From Lingula anatina (taxonomy: Eukaryota; Animalia; Brachiopoda), in NCBI GenBank assembly GCA_051362555.1, contig CM120641.1, positions 39,748,401 through 39,812,400 of the forward strand: 64,000 nucleotides of DNA, in the 5' to 3' direction. Both the position numbers and the translations under genes were made by a program. Shown piece by piece: positions 1-12,097 of this stretch (position 1 is the stretch's first letter; every line of letters starts with the position of its first letter). The notes below the pieces were generated by a model, which saw only the letters and a list, made by a program, of their open reading frames with translations, had not been told where the DNA came from and ran no database searches.

Positions 1-722
1 ATATACACATATACTTCAGAGTAGAGTTAATGTCAACTTTGATAAAAGGATATTAAAAGGCCCACAGGTGCGTTTTTTGTGTGTCACAATTGCATGGGTG
101 GTGCCATATTGCAATGATAGCCCATATTAAGAGTTAAAAAAATAATAATTATCATTCTCAGACTTGAGCTGACTGGAGCCGGTAATGTGTAAATATATAT
201 ATACTTTCGAGCAGTGTTAAAATGTCAACTTTGATAAAAGGATATTTAAAGAATCACAGTTGCGTTTTTGTGTGTAACAATTGCATGTGTGGTGTCATAT
301 TGCTATGATAGCCCATATTGAGAGTCAAAAAAATAATAATTATCATTTTCAGACCAGAGCTGACTGTAGCCGGTAATGTGTAAATATATATATACTTTAG
401 AGCAGTGTTAATGTCAACTTTGATAAAAGGATATTAAAAGGATCACAGGTGCGTTTTTGTGTGTCATAATTGCATGTGTTGTGCCATATTGCAATGATAG
501 CCCATATTGAGAGTTATAAAAATAATAATTATCATTCTCAGACCGGAGCTGACTGTAGCCGGTAATGTGTAAATATATATATACTTCAGAGCAGTGTTAA
601 TGTTAACTTTGATAAAAGGATATTAAAAGGATCACAGGTGCGTTTTTGTGTGTCACAATTGCATGTGTGGTGCCATGTTGCAACGAGAGCCCATATTAAG
701 AGTTAAAAATGTTAATTATCAT
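1..722. repeat. Tandem repeat, ~189-192 bp unit, ~3.8 copies visible (continues past the window start); lies in a SIRT2 intron
   Basis: Motif TGTYAACTTTGATAAAAGGA recurs at 31, 223, 412 and 601; the units are near-identical throughout. Confidence 0.95.
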
Positions 723-1138
723 TCCCTAATTCGGGCTCACTTAAGCAAGTAACATAAACCTATACATATAGTACACAGCGGTGTTGATGCCACCTTTATC
801 TAAACCGTACGTAAAAAATACCAGACCTAAAACGATGTCGGCGAGTCGAATAAATCGGAGAGGAATTGCGTCATTTCAATTCAAAACACGATTTGAGGTT
901 AAATTATTGCCGCATCTATGGCTAATTCTTTACATAGAGGTAAAATTTCGAGACTAGAAATATTTTTCTATCGGATCATAGCTAAAGACAAGTATTCGAC
1001 ACCGCAGTTGTACAATTTTAAACACTCATTTTACGGCAACAAACACGATTGCCTTCACCATATTGGGCATTTTGAATTCCTCCATGAACAAACATACCTT
1101 ATTCTCATCTAGCATCCAAAATAGCAAAAGAAATTGTA

Positions 1139-1320
1139 CTTACATTTTATCTCTATAAGTGTCTTGACTCATCCACCCGAACGTTTTCCTCGCGTTATCA
1201 CCAGCTACCTGTCCAAATGACACAAAAAGTCATCAACAGCCGCGATATGCTCGCTACCTGTACGGGAGGTCACGTGATCCGAACGCACATCGTTTCGCGA
1301 AGAGCTCGCGCTAAGCCGAT
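1139..1320 (-). promoter_or_regulatory. CpG-rich promoter-like island with an E-box and a minus-strand splice donor inside a SIRT2 intron
   Basis: GTCACGTGAT at ~1269-1278, CGCG-rich tract at ~1293-1312, minus-strand AT|GTAAGT donor at ~1139-1146. Could belong to a transposon. Confidence 0.35.
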
Positions 1321-1573
1321 TATCCTTTGATCTTTCTCCGCGTTACTTGTCCTTCTCTAGTTAGGTCCAAGATTAACATTTTTAGCTTAAAAGCTAAAAA
1401 ATTAAAGATTCTGAATCAATGTAATCTAGATAAAATAGATGATAATACAGGTGAAAAAAATTGATCTATGTCTATATAGACACTATGAAAAAAAGAAAAT
1501 GAATATATACTAAATGGAGGTTAATTTGTGTAAATAAAGACACAAACAATGCCTTTAATCTTAAATGCCTTAC

Positions 1574-3436
1574 TTTGAAATAGCCTATTTCAAATATTGC
1601 TTGAGGTGATGGTAGATCATACTTCTGTAGGTTGTCATAAAGTCCTGTACCAGGACTACGAAAATCTGGAATCCCAGCAGCTGTAATTACAAAAATCTGG
1701 TGTTAAAACCCTGCTAATTTGTAGTTCAACAGATCAAGGTTATTTAAGACTATCTTAGCACCATTGGCACTCTTGTTGACAAAAGAAGAAATACATTTAT
1801 CAAAGCATCAGAGTTTGTCTTCTACCCATTCACTTAATCTAACAGATGCCAATACCCAATGTAAAAAATGCCTGGATCACATGAGAAGCTTACAAAATAT
1901 CCAAAATACTTCATTATCATGTTATTGAGCAGATAAATGTGTAATCTGCAAATCACCCCTTAGGTTTAAAGAGATATTATGCATCCGAAAAAAAATGATG
2001 TGTACTCCAAGTTGTCTCATTTAGGAACAATCCTGATCAATAAATGCATTTTTTCCTGCTTTCATGTTTGGATCTACACAACCTCATCTTTGTCAGTATT
2101 ATGTCTACTTACATGTGGATATTCCTGCTCCAGTCATAGTTATTATATTCTTGCACTTGCCGCTATTAATGTACTTGACAATACCTTCAAAGCTAACCTC
2201 CTCAAGAACCTAAAAAAGAAGAAAAAGCATTTGATTTTTTTTTTTGTAAACTAAATGAATGAAATTAATAAGAGGGAAACATCACTGATTAATTTGACTG
2301 TAAAGAGAATTTAACATTAATCAAGAGCACCTCAATATGTGTTTATTTATTGTATTGTTAAGGCAATCAATCAAGTTTTGGTTCTGCCTTACAAATAAAA
2401 GCATCTTAATATAACAGGTACATGCATAATGCAAAATTTACTTGCTCTGGCAGAAAAAGTCTCCAATTATTTCAAGAGAGATAATATCAGTCAGAGGTTC
2501 ACCTGTGGGGGAGCTTCGTCTGATACTGCAAAGTCCTGAAATGACTTGAGAATGTGCTCCACTGCAAGGTAAAAATAAATAAATAATAGATGAACAGGTC
2601 ATGAACATGATAGTGCGTGCAGGGGAACTAAACAAACCTGGTGGATTCATCAAGCAAGCATCCAAGCCTTTTTATTCTGTAAATAAAATTCTTGGGTTTT
2701 AGTTTGATTTTTTTTCTCTTGTAGTAAGATTGCTGTGACAAAACTATTCTTAAATATTCCTTAGACAATACTGGAGAGGTGTGTGTGTGCTGGAGCTATG
2801 CGTAACATCAAGGATAGCTTTGAAAGGATTTGACTGTATGTGCTTCAAGGTCTGGACCTGATTACAGAAATATGCTTGTTGCAATGTATGGATGCAAATT
2901 AATACACATCAATCAAATATATATGTTACTTGGATAAACAACAAGGCACATGAGCAGGGCATTTGGAAAATAACTCACTCCTTTGGGAAATGGAGTCCTG
3001 TGTGTTCTCCTCTGGGCTTGGAGAGCTATCATGGTCCTAGAATAAAGAAATGTTACCTTCGTGAATACATATACAAAAAATTACTCATGACTTTTCAACA
3101 TCTCTTCACTTATGCAATAAATCAATTTTTTGAAAGCCAACAGGCACTAGTAGAGTACCAATGCAAATTAATAAATATCTACACTATCAATACACAGTCA
3201 TTAGGCCTTGTATACTTAAATACCTCACTGCCATCTACATGTGCTTCTGATTTGCTGTTGCCTCCTCCTGGAAAAAAATATAGATTTTTCATTTAGTAAA
3301 TACACATGCATTGCTGAAAATCGTGACTTGTTTTTTTTATATGTTAATTTATTTATCTTACATCTAATACAACATTCAATATAATAGTGTCACATTTACA
3401 AACAAACCCACGCGTTGCTCCAGTCTCAGTGGACAT
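1574..3436 (-). CDS. SIRT2: NAD-dependent deacetylase sirtuin-2, first six coding exons; gene continues left of the window
   Basis: Exons 3436-3412, 3267-3224, 3036-2979, 2561-2503, 2209-2113, 1680-1574 are all GT-AG with matching phases. They give ...[88 protein letters not shown], the class I sirtuin [15 protein letters not shown] motif. The first three exons are less certain. Confidence 0.9.
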
Positions 3437-3728
3437 ATTTCTAGACTTTCATCCAAACTTTGGTAAAAAATCTTGAAAGCATGGATTTGAATGGCTTAAT
3501 AAACTAGGTCAAAACAAACCTAGTCAGATGAAACTTAAAACAGCAAGAGCATGCTATAGTGTAGAGGTTTGTTTCAAGTTATCTCAGGGTGGTATTTTGC
3601 AGATTCAGCATAATAATAATAAGCACATGTAACATGACATCTTTATTTTTGAGGTCTAGTATTTCTATTAATCTATTTTTATTATTAACTTTATATTACT
3701 TATCAATTAGTTTTTAAAATCATCACCA

Positions 3729-3731
<3 letters not shown>

Positions 3732-3775
<44 letters not shown>
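3732..3775. repeat. (GT)n microsatellite
   Basis: Direct reading. Confidence 0.95.
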
Positions 3776-3777
<2 letters not shown>

Positions 3778-6726
3778 ATTGTCATCCCCCTCCCCCTCCT
3801 TGCAAAGTACCAAGAAATTTGGGGGGGCATAATGCAAAGGTATCAGCAAAATAAAAAAAGGTTTATTCACGCTCAGATATGTGTGGACCCTAAACTTGCC
3901 CTAATGTTAAGCCAAGGATAGCTATTTACATGTAATTACACAGAAGTTAAGTCACAGCAACCATCAAGCTTAGTTGTGAGGGGGAGGTTAGTTCTGCTTT
4001 AATGATGGCTATCGGGCAATGAGCATCTCAGTCGGTTGAAGATTGGGTAGTTGCTTAATATTGATTTATGACAGGAATTTAAGCTGAAGGTGAACTAACC
4101 GCGTCTACTCCTACCTCCGTGTTTACCCACCTTCTGCCATTTCGATTGAAACTGCACACCGATTATAATGTTTATGAAGCATTCACAAGACAGGCAATGT
4201 CCGCATTTAAAAGATGGTTTTCCATTTCTGTTGGGTTTTGGGCGTTTCGAAACATGGCGATTTCCCTCAAACTTCAAATTAGCCTATGACACTTTTTGAT
4301 AATAAAGATTTGGTCAGATATTTTAGGGCACATGTTTAAAATCCCTAACGTTAAGTATTTTTTAATGTGAAAAAGGAAGAATTTACAATAGGCCTAAAAT
4401 TAAAAAAAAAGACTCTTTAAATTAAAAGAAATTATGCTAACGTTTTGAAATAATCCAATAAATAAATAAATAAATAAACAAATAAATAAATAAATAAATA
4501 AATAACGTAAAAAAGAACTTCTAGTAGTGCTTATCAAGTTGCTGACAATAAACTCCTCAAAGACCTGATTAGAAACAAAGTAGTTAAACCACCTTTTATA
4601 CCTTTTTGTTACAAGTTTTTTTTATACCTAAATTAAACTACTACGTTTGTAACTACTTGTAGGGCTACTAGTTTTGTGTAGTGCCGATGCCATCTAACTA
4701 ATACTGGGTTTTAGTAAATAAATTAAAACCATGTAGCACATAAATAAACAAGCTATTGTCATTAATCAATTGAACAAGCACAGGGTCTCTTGGGGCAATA
4801 CTCGTACGTCTTTTTTTACGCGTGGGCTATTGGCTGGACGTGTCGGGTCGTGTAATGTGTGTGGACAAGGTGGGTGCATCCTCCAGCGGTAGAAAAAAGT
4901 CTGTGCCTATTCATGCAAATAAACAATCTGTCTTATGTGATATGATATAAACTGTATCAACAAATGACAAATGCGTCCATGCATCAAAGCACCGGTGATG
5001 CACTACTACCTGGGTTTCAGTGAATACTAGAAACAGTGGGCCTACGTGTCGGCTGACGTGTAGAAACTTTTGGCTACAGGAACATTAATCACCTCTTTAC
5101 GTCGATTGTCCTGTCATTATTTTCTCTTGGAAAATAACAGGCTGTTGTTGAGGCAGATATGTAGGCCTACCCTTAATGATGATCTATTAATTGGATAAAA
5201 ATCGTGATTAGAGCAAAAAATAAATAATTAATTAATCTCTACTGGCTCAAAAATAAGGAAAAATAAAATCAAACTAATCAGCGGAGTTAATTTACATGCT
5301 ACACGACATATGTTGAGTTGAGCGTGGGTAGGCTTGCCATCGTCTGATTCAAAGACTTTTGACTTTTGGCTATCGTTTCTGTAAGGAGGTGTAGGACATT
5401 ATCCAATATGAAGAGAACAGAAAAACGACCTATTTTACTTTCCATTTCAATTTTGATATTCATGTAATTAAGATATTTCCAACTTTTTTCACCAAATTGT
5501 TCCATAAGGATGACCATTTTATCCTTGGAAATTCTGCAGAAATTGGAAACCTTAAAGGAAGTCAAGTTTCAATCATCACCATCATCATCATCATCCTTCT
5601 CTGTCTCATGGGATCTTGATCATCTGTAAAAGTGCAGCTTCTGTAATACAATTGTTTTTTAAATCCTCCTTCATCTATTAATCTGTTTAGGAGAAATGCC
5701 CCAGTTCACCAAACACTCAACTTTGTCTTCGGGTGTATGCCCAATGTTTGCTCGCAAGAATGTACTTGGAAATCGAGGCACTTATCAGTAATTTGCTCCC
5801 GTTCCCAGACATCGCATCTGCAGAGGTGGATATTATCACGACATCAAACTCATTAGAGTTTTCCTGACGTCATAATATAACGGGGTATTGGGAAATACTG
5901 TTTTAATTGGTTTATTTGATAAATTTTATGCACCGTTTTGATTTCCTTTGGATGAAGTTTTCTAAAGATACACTTGGTATACCTGAACGGGTAAAAAGTA
6001 TTCCTAGGTAAATGTATTCTTTCACTAAGGTTCAGCGCCAACTGGGAATTGCGGCCATGCATGCACACGAATAGTAACAAATGCATGAGGAAATTTGCAA
6101 ACCAACCTCATGTTAAGTTGTCTTTGGAGTCTAGTTCAACGAATTCGTCGATTAAAGTTTCTTAACTAATCATGAAATTGGGAGAGTTATTAATACACTA
6201 ATCGGGGACCCAATTTATGAACAACTTGTTTGCAATAAAAAACGCTTTAGATAATTCATGCATGCGTTGAACACGAACGTCTGCCGCTTTTTTAAATAAA
6301 TAATAAGTTAAACGGGCAGAGCGTATCGATTTCTTAAAACCCCATTCCCTTGTTGTCTGTTTATTCTCTGAGGATACTGCATCATCAATTATACATACGT
6401 GTTATTGTTTAACCCTCAGATACAGCACTAAATGCATATAATCCAAATTTGACTGGGAACAATGACATATGGTAGCAGATATCAATCACTATAGGCGAAA
6501 GCCTATTGCAATTAGGCTTAGTTCATATTTCTTTGAAAGCAAACTTTTGTCATTGAATCCGAGCTAGTTTCTTTTTTTCACTGAAACGCAGTGATGAGAT
6601 AAAACTGTCATTATAATTAGTTTGTTGAATTTTACATCCGTATATCTAACTTCTAATAATTCAGTCCAGAGCTTCACTTTCAGTCAAGGGATTTTGCATA
6701 TTATCTTAGAACTAATTACTATAACA

Positions 6727-6771
6727 TGATGACGCCGCAATGGTGATAGCTATCGATCGCCTCCTATAAAA
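6727..6771 (+). promoter_or_regulatory. TATA-box core promoter of the secreted-protein gene
   Basis: TATAAAA at 6765-6771 with a TGACG half-CRE just upstream, ~130 bp before the signal-peptide ATG at 6903. Confidence 0.6.
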
Positions 6772-6902
6772 TGCGAACGACGCAGAAGGCTAAAACGATC
6801 CAGCCACGCACGCAGGAGCGAGAGGATCTTCAGCTCCCCGCGCTGGATCAAGAGGATCTTAAGCTTACCTCCCGTGCAAACAAAACTCTTTCAGCGAAAG
6901 GC

Positions 6903-9900
6903 ATGTTTCACTCTGTCACGGTTTGGCTTGCAGTGGTGGGGTTATTTGGCCAAGGTGAGTAGGATTCAAACAGAAATATCTTATAACGTTATTTAATCTA
7001 TAGGACTTCTGTAGTAATGTGAAATAAGAATTAAGACTCGGCTCTGCAAAAAGTGAAGGTTACCTTAACCACGGAATATGATAAAAAAAAGATTATTAAA
7101 ACAATCTTCCTGAGGCAATACCAGCGCACGTCATACTGTTTGATTGCTTTTCCCAAAAGATTCATTGAAAATAACGTTTGACATTCCTCTAAGGACACAT
7201 TGATGCAACTTTGCAATCTATCACTTGGGCTAAAAAGACCATTTGACCCATATATGAGAAACCTCCTATGAGTAATAGTAACGAAAGAACAACCGATTTC
7301 CACTTGATGTAGAAGCAGTTTTAAATAACAAAGCCCTGTTAATGGGGGTAAAAAGGTGACTGTGGGAGGGGGTGGGGGTGGGGTAACACGCATTAAGGGG
7401 CGAATCCAGATTTATTTTCTGTCTTCCAAATTATCTTTTTTGATCAATCCTCCATTTTTGACCGTCTTCGGACAGAAAAATTAGATGCTCGTAAATGCAA
7501 ACTTGAAAAATTCTGACTGTCTCCCGGAAGACCCAGAAGACAGCCTCTGTCCGCCTTTGCGCATTTACAAAATCGCTGTTACAAGGCATGAATGACTACG
7601 AAGAATGGTTGTGCATGATTCATACGATCAATTCCTCGGATCACGTAGACGCGTTTTGGGGATGAAAATGTCATTTTCGGTTTCGAGGATTCCCCAGTCC
7701 CCAGAGCAGCTATCATTACAAAACCCATGACTTTGTTTGGCTCAATCAACTGCAAATTGAATTTTTTCTTTTTAGGTGTAGCTCAGATTTAACCAGCCAA
7801 AACGTTGGAGAAAATTTAATCAAAAATCGTAGATATCAATTTGTTTTCCACGTTTCTACATAATCAAGACAAATTTCAATATTGTCAATATTATTAAGCA
7901 AATTGAAACTTCGAGCGCCATATTCAGATTCTGTAGTAAACAAACTATTGGTTATTGGTTTATTCACTTTTTTTAGAGCAGGACATTATTCTATGTGCGA
8001 GGGAATACCATTCTTTATTTTAGACATAAGAGTGTGAACACAAAAGACGATGAAACCCCCCAAATCACAATTTTGGGTGAAAGCAAGGAAGTCACCCACC
8101 TCAAATGCCACTTTATGCAGATTAACCTTTTAGCAAAGTGAAGAGAATTGTCTGGAACCGAATTCGCCAGCTCTTAATAGACCCAGGGGACCATGGAGTG
8201 GGCAGCTATTTCTTTTAATTAGATAAATCTAGAAATTGACGAAGCTTAACATCCAAAACCATTTGTCAATTAGGTCGTATTTAAATCTGGTTCACTTCTA
8301 CCTACTTTACAATCGCGATATTGAATAATCATTCCGATAGACCACAGCGATGAGACTTCAATCAAGCAATTTCTAAAATAAATTTAAAGTGACTTATTTT
8401 ATGGCAACGCTGATTACCGCAAGCATTTTAATTAAAAAAAGCGGTGACTTGATTAAGAAAAAATAAATCTTAATGTTAATCTTAAGAGGACAAAACAAGG
8501 AGATTGCAACAGCGTTTGTTGATATCAGTTTGAGAATATAGAAATGTTAAAAGGTTTAAAACAGGCCTTATAAACGGATTAGCTGTTTGTCTGTTTGCGA
8601 ACTTGAGCCAGATTTGTGAGCAGGAATACCCAGGACTCGAACCAGGATTTAATGGCACGACCGTGAACCCACAAACCACCAACCGTTAATCCGCTTACCT
8701 GTCAGTTCTGTACGTTCCGTATGTGCCGGAGATTGTCGAGAGTACATTACTGCCGTATCAATACCCGTTATGGATAGAAAATCATAGAAATACATTAGTT
8801 TGGTTTGTTTTGGGACTTTTTTAAAATTTATTTTCGATTATTTTTCTAATGATAAAGTAAATCCAATTATCGTTTATGAAGCCTGTAAAAGTACAGAAGA
8901 AGAAACGTAGAACACCTAAGTGATTGTGTCACATTTCCACATAAGAAGGCTGATCCGGGATATTAAAAATCCATTCATATTCAAATCAAAAAGTCCAAAA
9001 ACTATTTAAAAAATATTGAAGTTATTTTTCTAAAAACCTCTAGTCTCTTACAGTCGTACATTGTATTATGCAAGTGGTGTTACCATTTGATAATATCTTC
9101 TTTAGCAACAGGTCACAATGTATTTATTTGAAGTCTTGTTCCTTTCTAATGTTCTTTCAGTTTCTAAAAAAGGAAAAAAAATCAGATGGAGCTTGGGAAA
9201 TTGTTCCACAGCCTCCTCACAGCTCTGAACTACATGCAGCTCTGATTTATTTCAATTTGTCTAAGAATTTTTTAACCCACCCTAGGATTATGGGATAACC
9301 AGTAGTATAAAAAATGCGAGTCTCGGTAAGTAATTTGTTGGCACGCCGAAATGCCACTCTTCCAAAGGAGGTACCATTCACTTGTGTCCGAGGTTCTTTT
9401 TGTGCTAATTTGCGAAGCGTGACTTTTTGGGGCATCAGATCCACTCTAAAGGAGTTCTGTGGGCGGTTGCCATTACGAGGGATGCGCGTGAGGAATTATC
9501 TTTATTTGCTTGATTTAAACATTCAAAAGTTATCTATATTTCATTTATTAGTCTGAACTGCGAAGAGGCATACTGCAATACCCATGGACTCGGCATCAGC
9601 CTATCTAAATTTAAAGGCATTATATGTAACAGACAAAAAATAGTTGGCAGTACTAGGGCGGTGCAATGTAAAGAGAAACTCGGCTTATACAACAGCCTGA
9701 TCAATATATCGCTACGCTATTTATTCATTGGTATTGTGTTTACAAGGTCTTGCAATTTTATTTCTGCGACTCAAGTGAGCCTGAAAGATAAAGCTCAGAA
9801 AAAGTTGTTTCACGAAAAACTTATCTACCCAGTAGTATTACTTCAATCTCACCTAAACAAAAGCTTTTTGGCACTACGATTGTGTCTATATCCACTAATG

Positions 9901-11034
9901 GCTCTGGAGTTTGGGAGTTTACACCTTTTTCAGACAATTCTCCCGTGAAAAACTTTGTTTCTCCAAGCAGATGCCAAGTTTACAACAGGAACACGCAATA
10001 TAATGAGGCTGCCCACATGTACCGGGTACCATTCCTCATCACGATACAGACACAATTACTTAGGTTATAAAATAAATATAAAAACCTTAAGGAAAGTTTT
10101 TTCTACTGCAGCAAGCATACCTCGATGGTGTACAGAAATATAGCCTTCTCAACACACAACTTTAACCATAACGAACTATCATGGAGTGAAAATGGAGGGT
10201 GTGAAAAAATTCTGAGTAAAAATGATTTTGGGGATGAAATGTCGAGAAAAAAATGGCGAAATATTTTAGGAGAAGACTTACTGAAAGCTACATATGCAGT
10301 CTTGGCGATATAGCATGTCTTATTAAAAAGGCTTTATTGAGAGGGTACATGTAAACGTAATGCCCATTTAAAATTTAATTCGATAAAGAAATCTACTTAG
10401 TTGTTTTTAAATGATAGATATAAAGGTATGACTCTGACACTATAACTTTAAAAAAATCAATTTACATTTATAACTAGGTGAAACAGAACGGTTTTCACTA
10501 TCGTATATTTTATATTAATTTTTATCTCTGAAACAGTCCATATATTCTTCAAATAGAAACTGGTCGGCATAACACACCCAAATAAGCCACCCGGATATCA
10601 GAGAGGAGTCCACGGTGCACGTCATATAGGCATGGAGAATAAAATTCAATCTGTTACTGTGTGCTACAATGTGAAGAACTTCGACATCATCTCTTTCAAA
10701 TCAGATCCACCATTTAATGTTCTTAGTAACAACGAAAAAAAAATCATTAAACGTATGATATGTGCAAGAAAGCCCACTGTCACTTCGTTAGCCGCATTTA
10801 TTCAAGACGCCTTTGATAGAAGGAAGTTATTAATCAACTGAACTGTGCTGCATTTAGCCATCTATCATTAAAGGAAATAATTTGTAAATGAACTAACTGT
10901 TGCACATACATGCATGCATCACATTCATAAGATTTTTCCGATATACACGTACACCTGTCAAACTGAACTAGTACATATTCGCCAGCACATGCTTGTGTAT
11001 TCGTTGAAATAAAATAACTATATTTGAATTCTGT

Positions 11035-11079
<45 letters not shown>

Positions 11080-12027
11080 AAGCTTAAATCCCTGCAGATA
11101 TTGTTGATAGCATTGATGACGGCTGTGTTCTTTATCTTGTAGTCATCTGCGTACCAGTACGCATCAAGCCCAGATTTCAACATGATGGCCATATGGAGCA
11201 GGATGCGGTGAGTATTAAGACGTTGAAACACAACGTGACGACGCAAAAGTGAATAAATTAAGTAAGCAGCCAGTTCTAAAGGGGGACACTGTTAAATCGG
11301 TTGACTTTTAAAGTTTTATGTAAGAAAAAAATCGTTCTTCTCATGGGGGTATTAATTTGGTAAATTTTTTATTCATTTTTAATAAATCAATTTAAAATGT
11401 AATAGGGAATAAGTCAGTAGTTTATTGAAATTCAGCCAAGACGTTACCGTCAATATATTCACAAACATGCCAACTCTGCGATTCCCTAAAGATAACATGA
11501 TAGAAGAGGTGCGAGAGAAAAGATTTCACCACAGTGAATAATCGAATAATGAAGAAAGAGTTTGAGACATCCGCTGGGATAATACCATGGAAAAAAGGCC
11601 GGTGATGTTGAAACCAACCGCCTAAAGCTAAAAGAAAACTTTAGTCTGCCCAACTAAACTGCGAAATGAATTAAGAGATGAAGTGCTGTCGCAGGATGGC
11701 GGTGTTTCCATAACAGAAGATTCTGATTCTGATTTTGGTTCAGCTGAGGTAGCTTGCAATGGGTGCCGTCACGGTAAATTAACGTGGCCTCCTTGATCGA
11801 TTAAGACGTTTTTATGTAGGCTTGTCGTGCCCAAGAGCGGTAAAATGTGTGGGAAATTAATTTAGACAATTTAATTAAAAAACGTCAATCCGGACAACCC
11901 AAGTCCAAATGTAGGCCTGTACCATTTATGATTTAAAATGCTTTTCACAGAAAAGTAGAAAGGTAAATTAGAATGTACTTGATTCATGAGCATGGGTATT
12001 TTGTAACAGTCTGGAAGTAACACACAC

Positions 12028-12097
<70 letters not shown>

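Noticed and set aside
3736-3921. CV-, IY- and SL-repeat ORFs (also 11871-12191, 51945-52133)
   Set aside because: These are translations of microsatellites.
6771-6902. ORF-track N-terminal extension MRTTQKAK...
   Set aside because: Its ATG overlaps the TATA box and so lies upstream of the likely start site; the ATG at 6903 opens a signal peptide.
8625-8690. Functional tRNA gene
   Set aside because: A B box is present but the acceptor, D and anticodon stems do not pair.
7770-9120. Acceptor-like sites at ~7776 and ~9053 as exon 2 of the secreted protein
   Set aside because: The first hits a stop within five codons and the second has no convincing donor; 11143-11207 fits phase and splice consensus.
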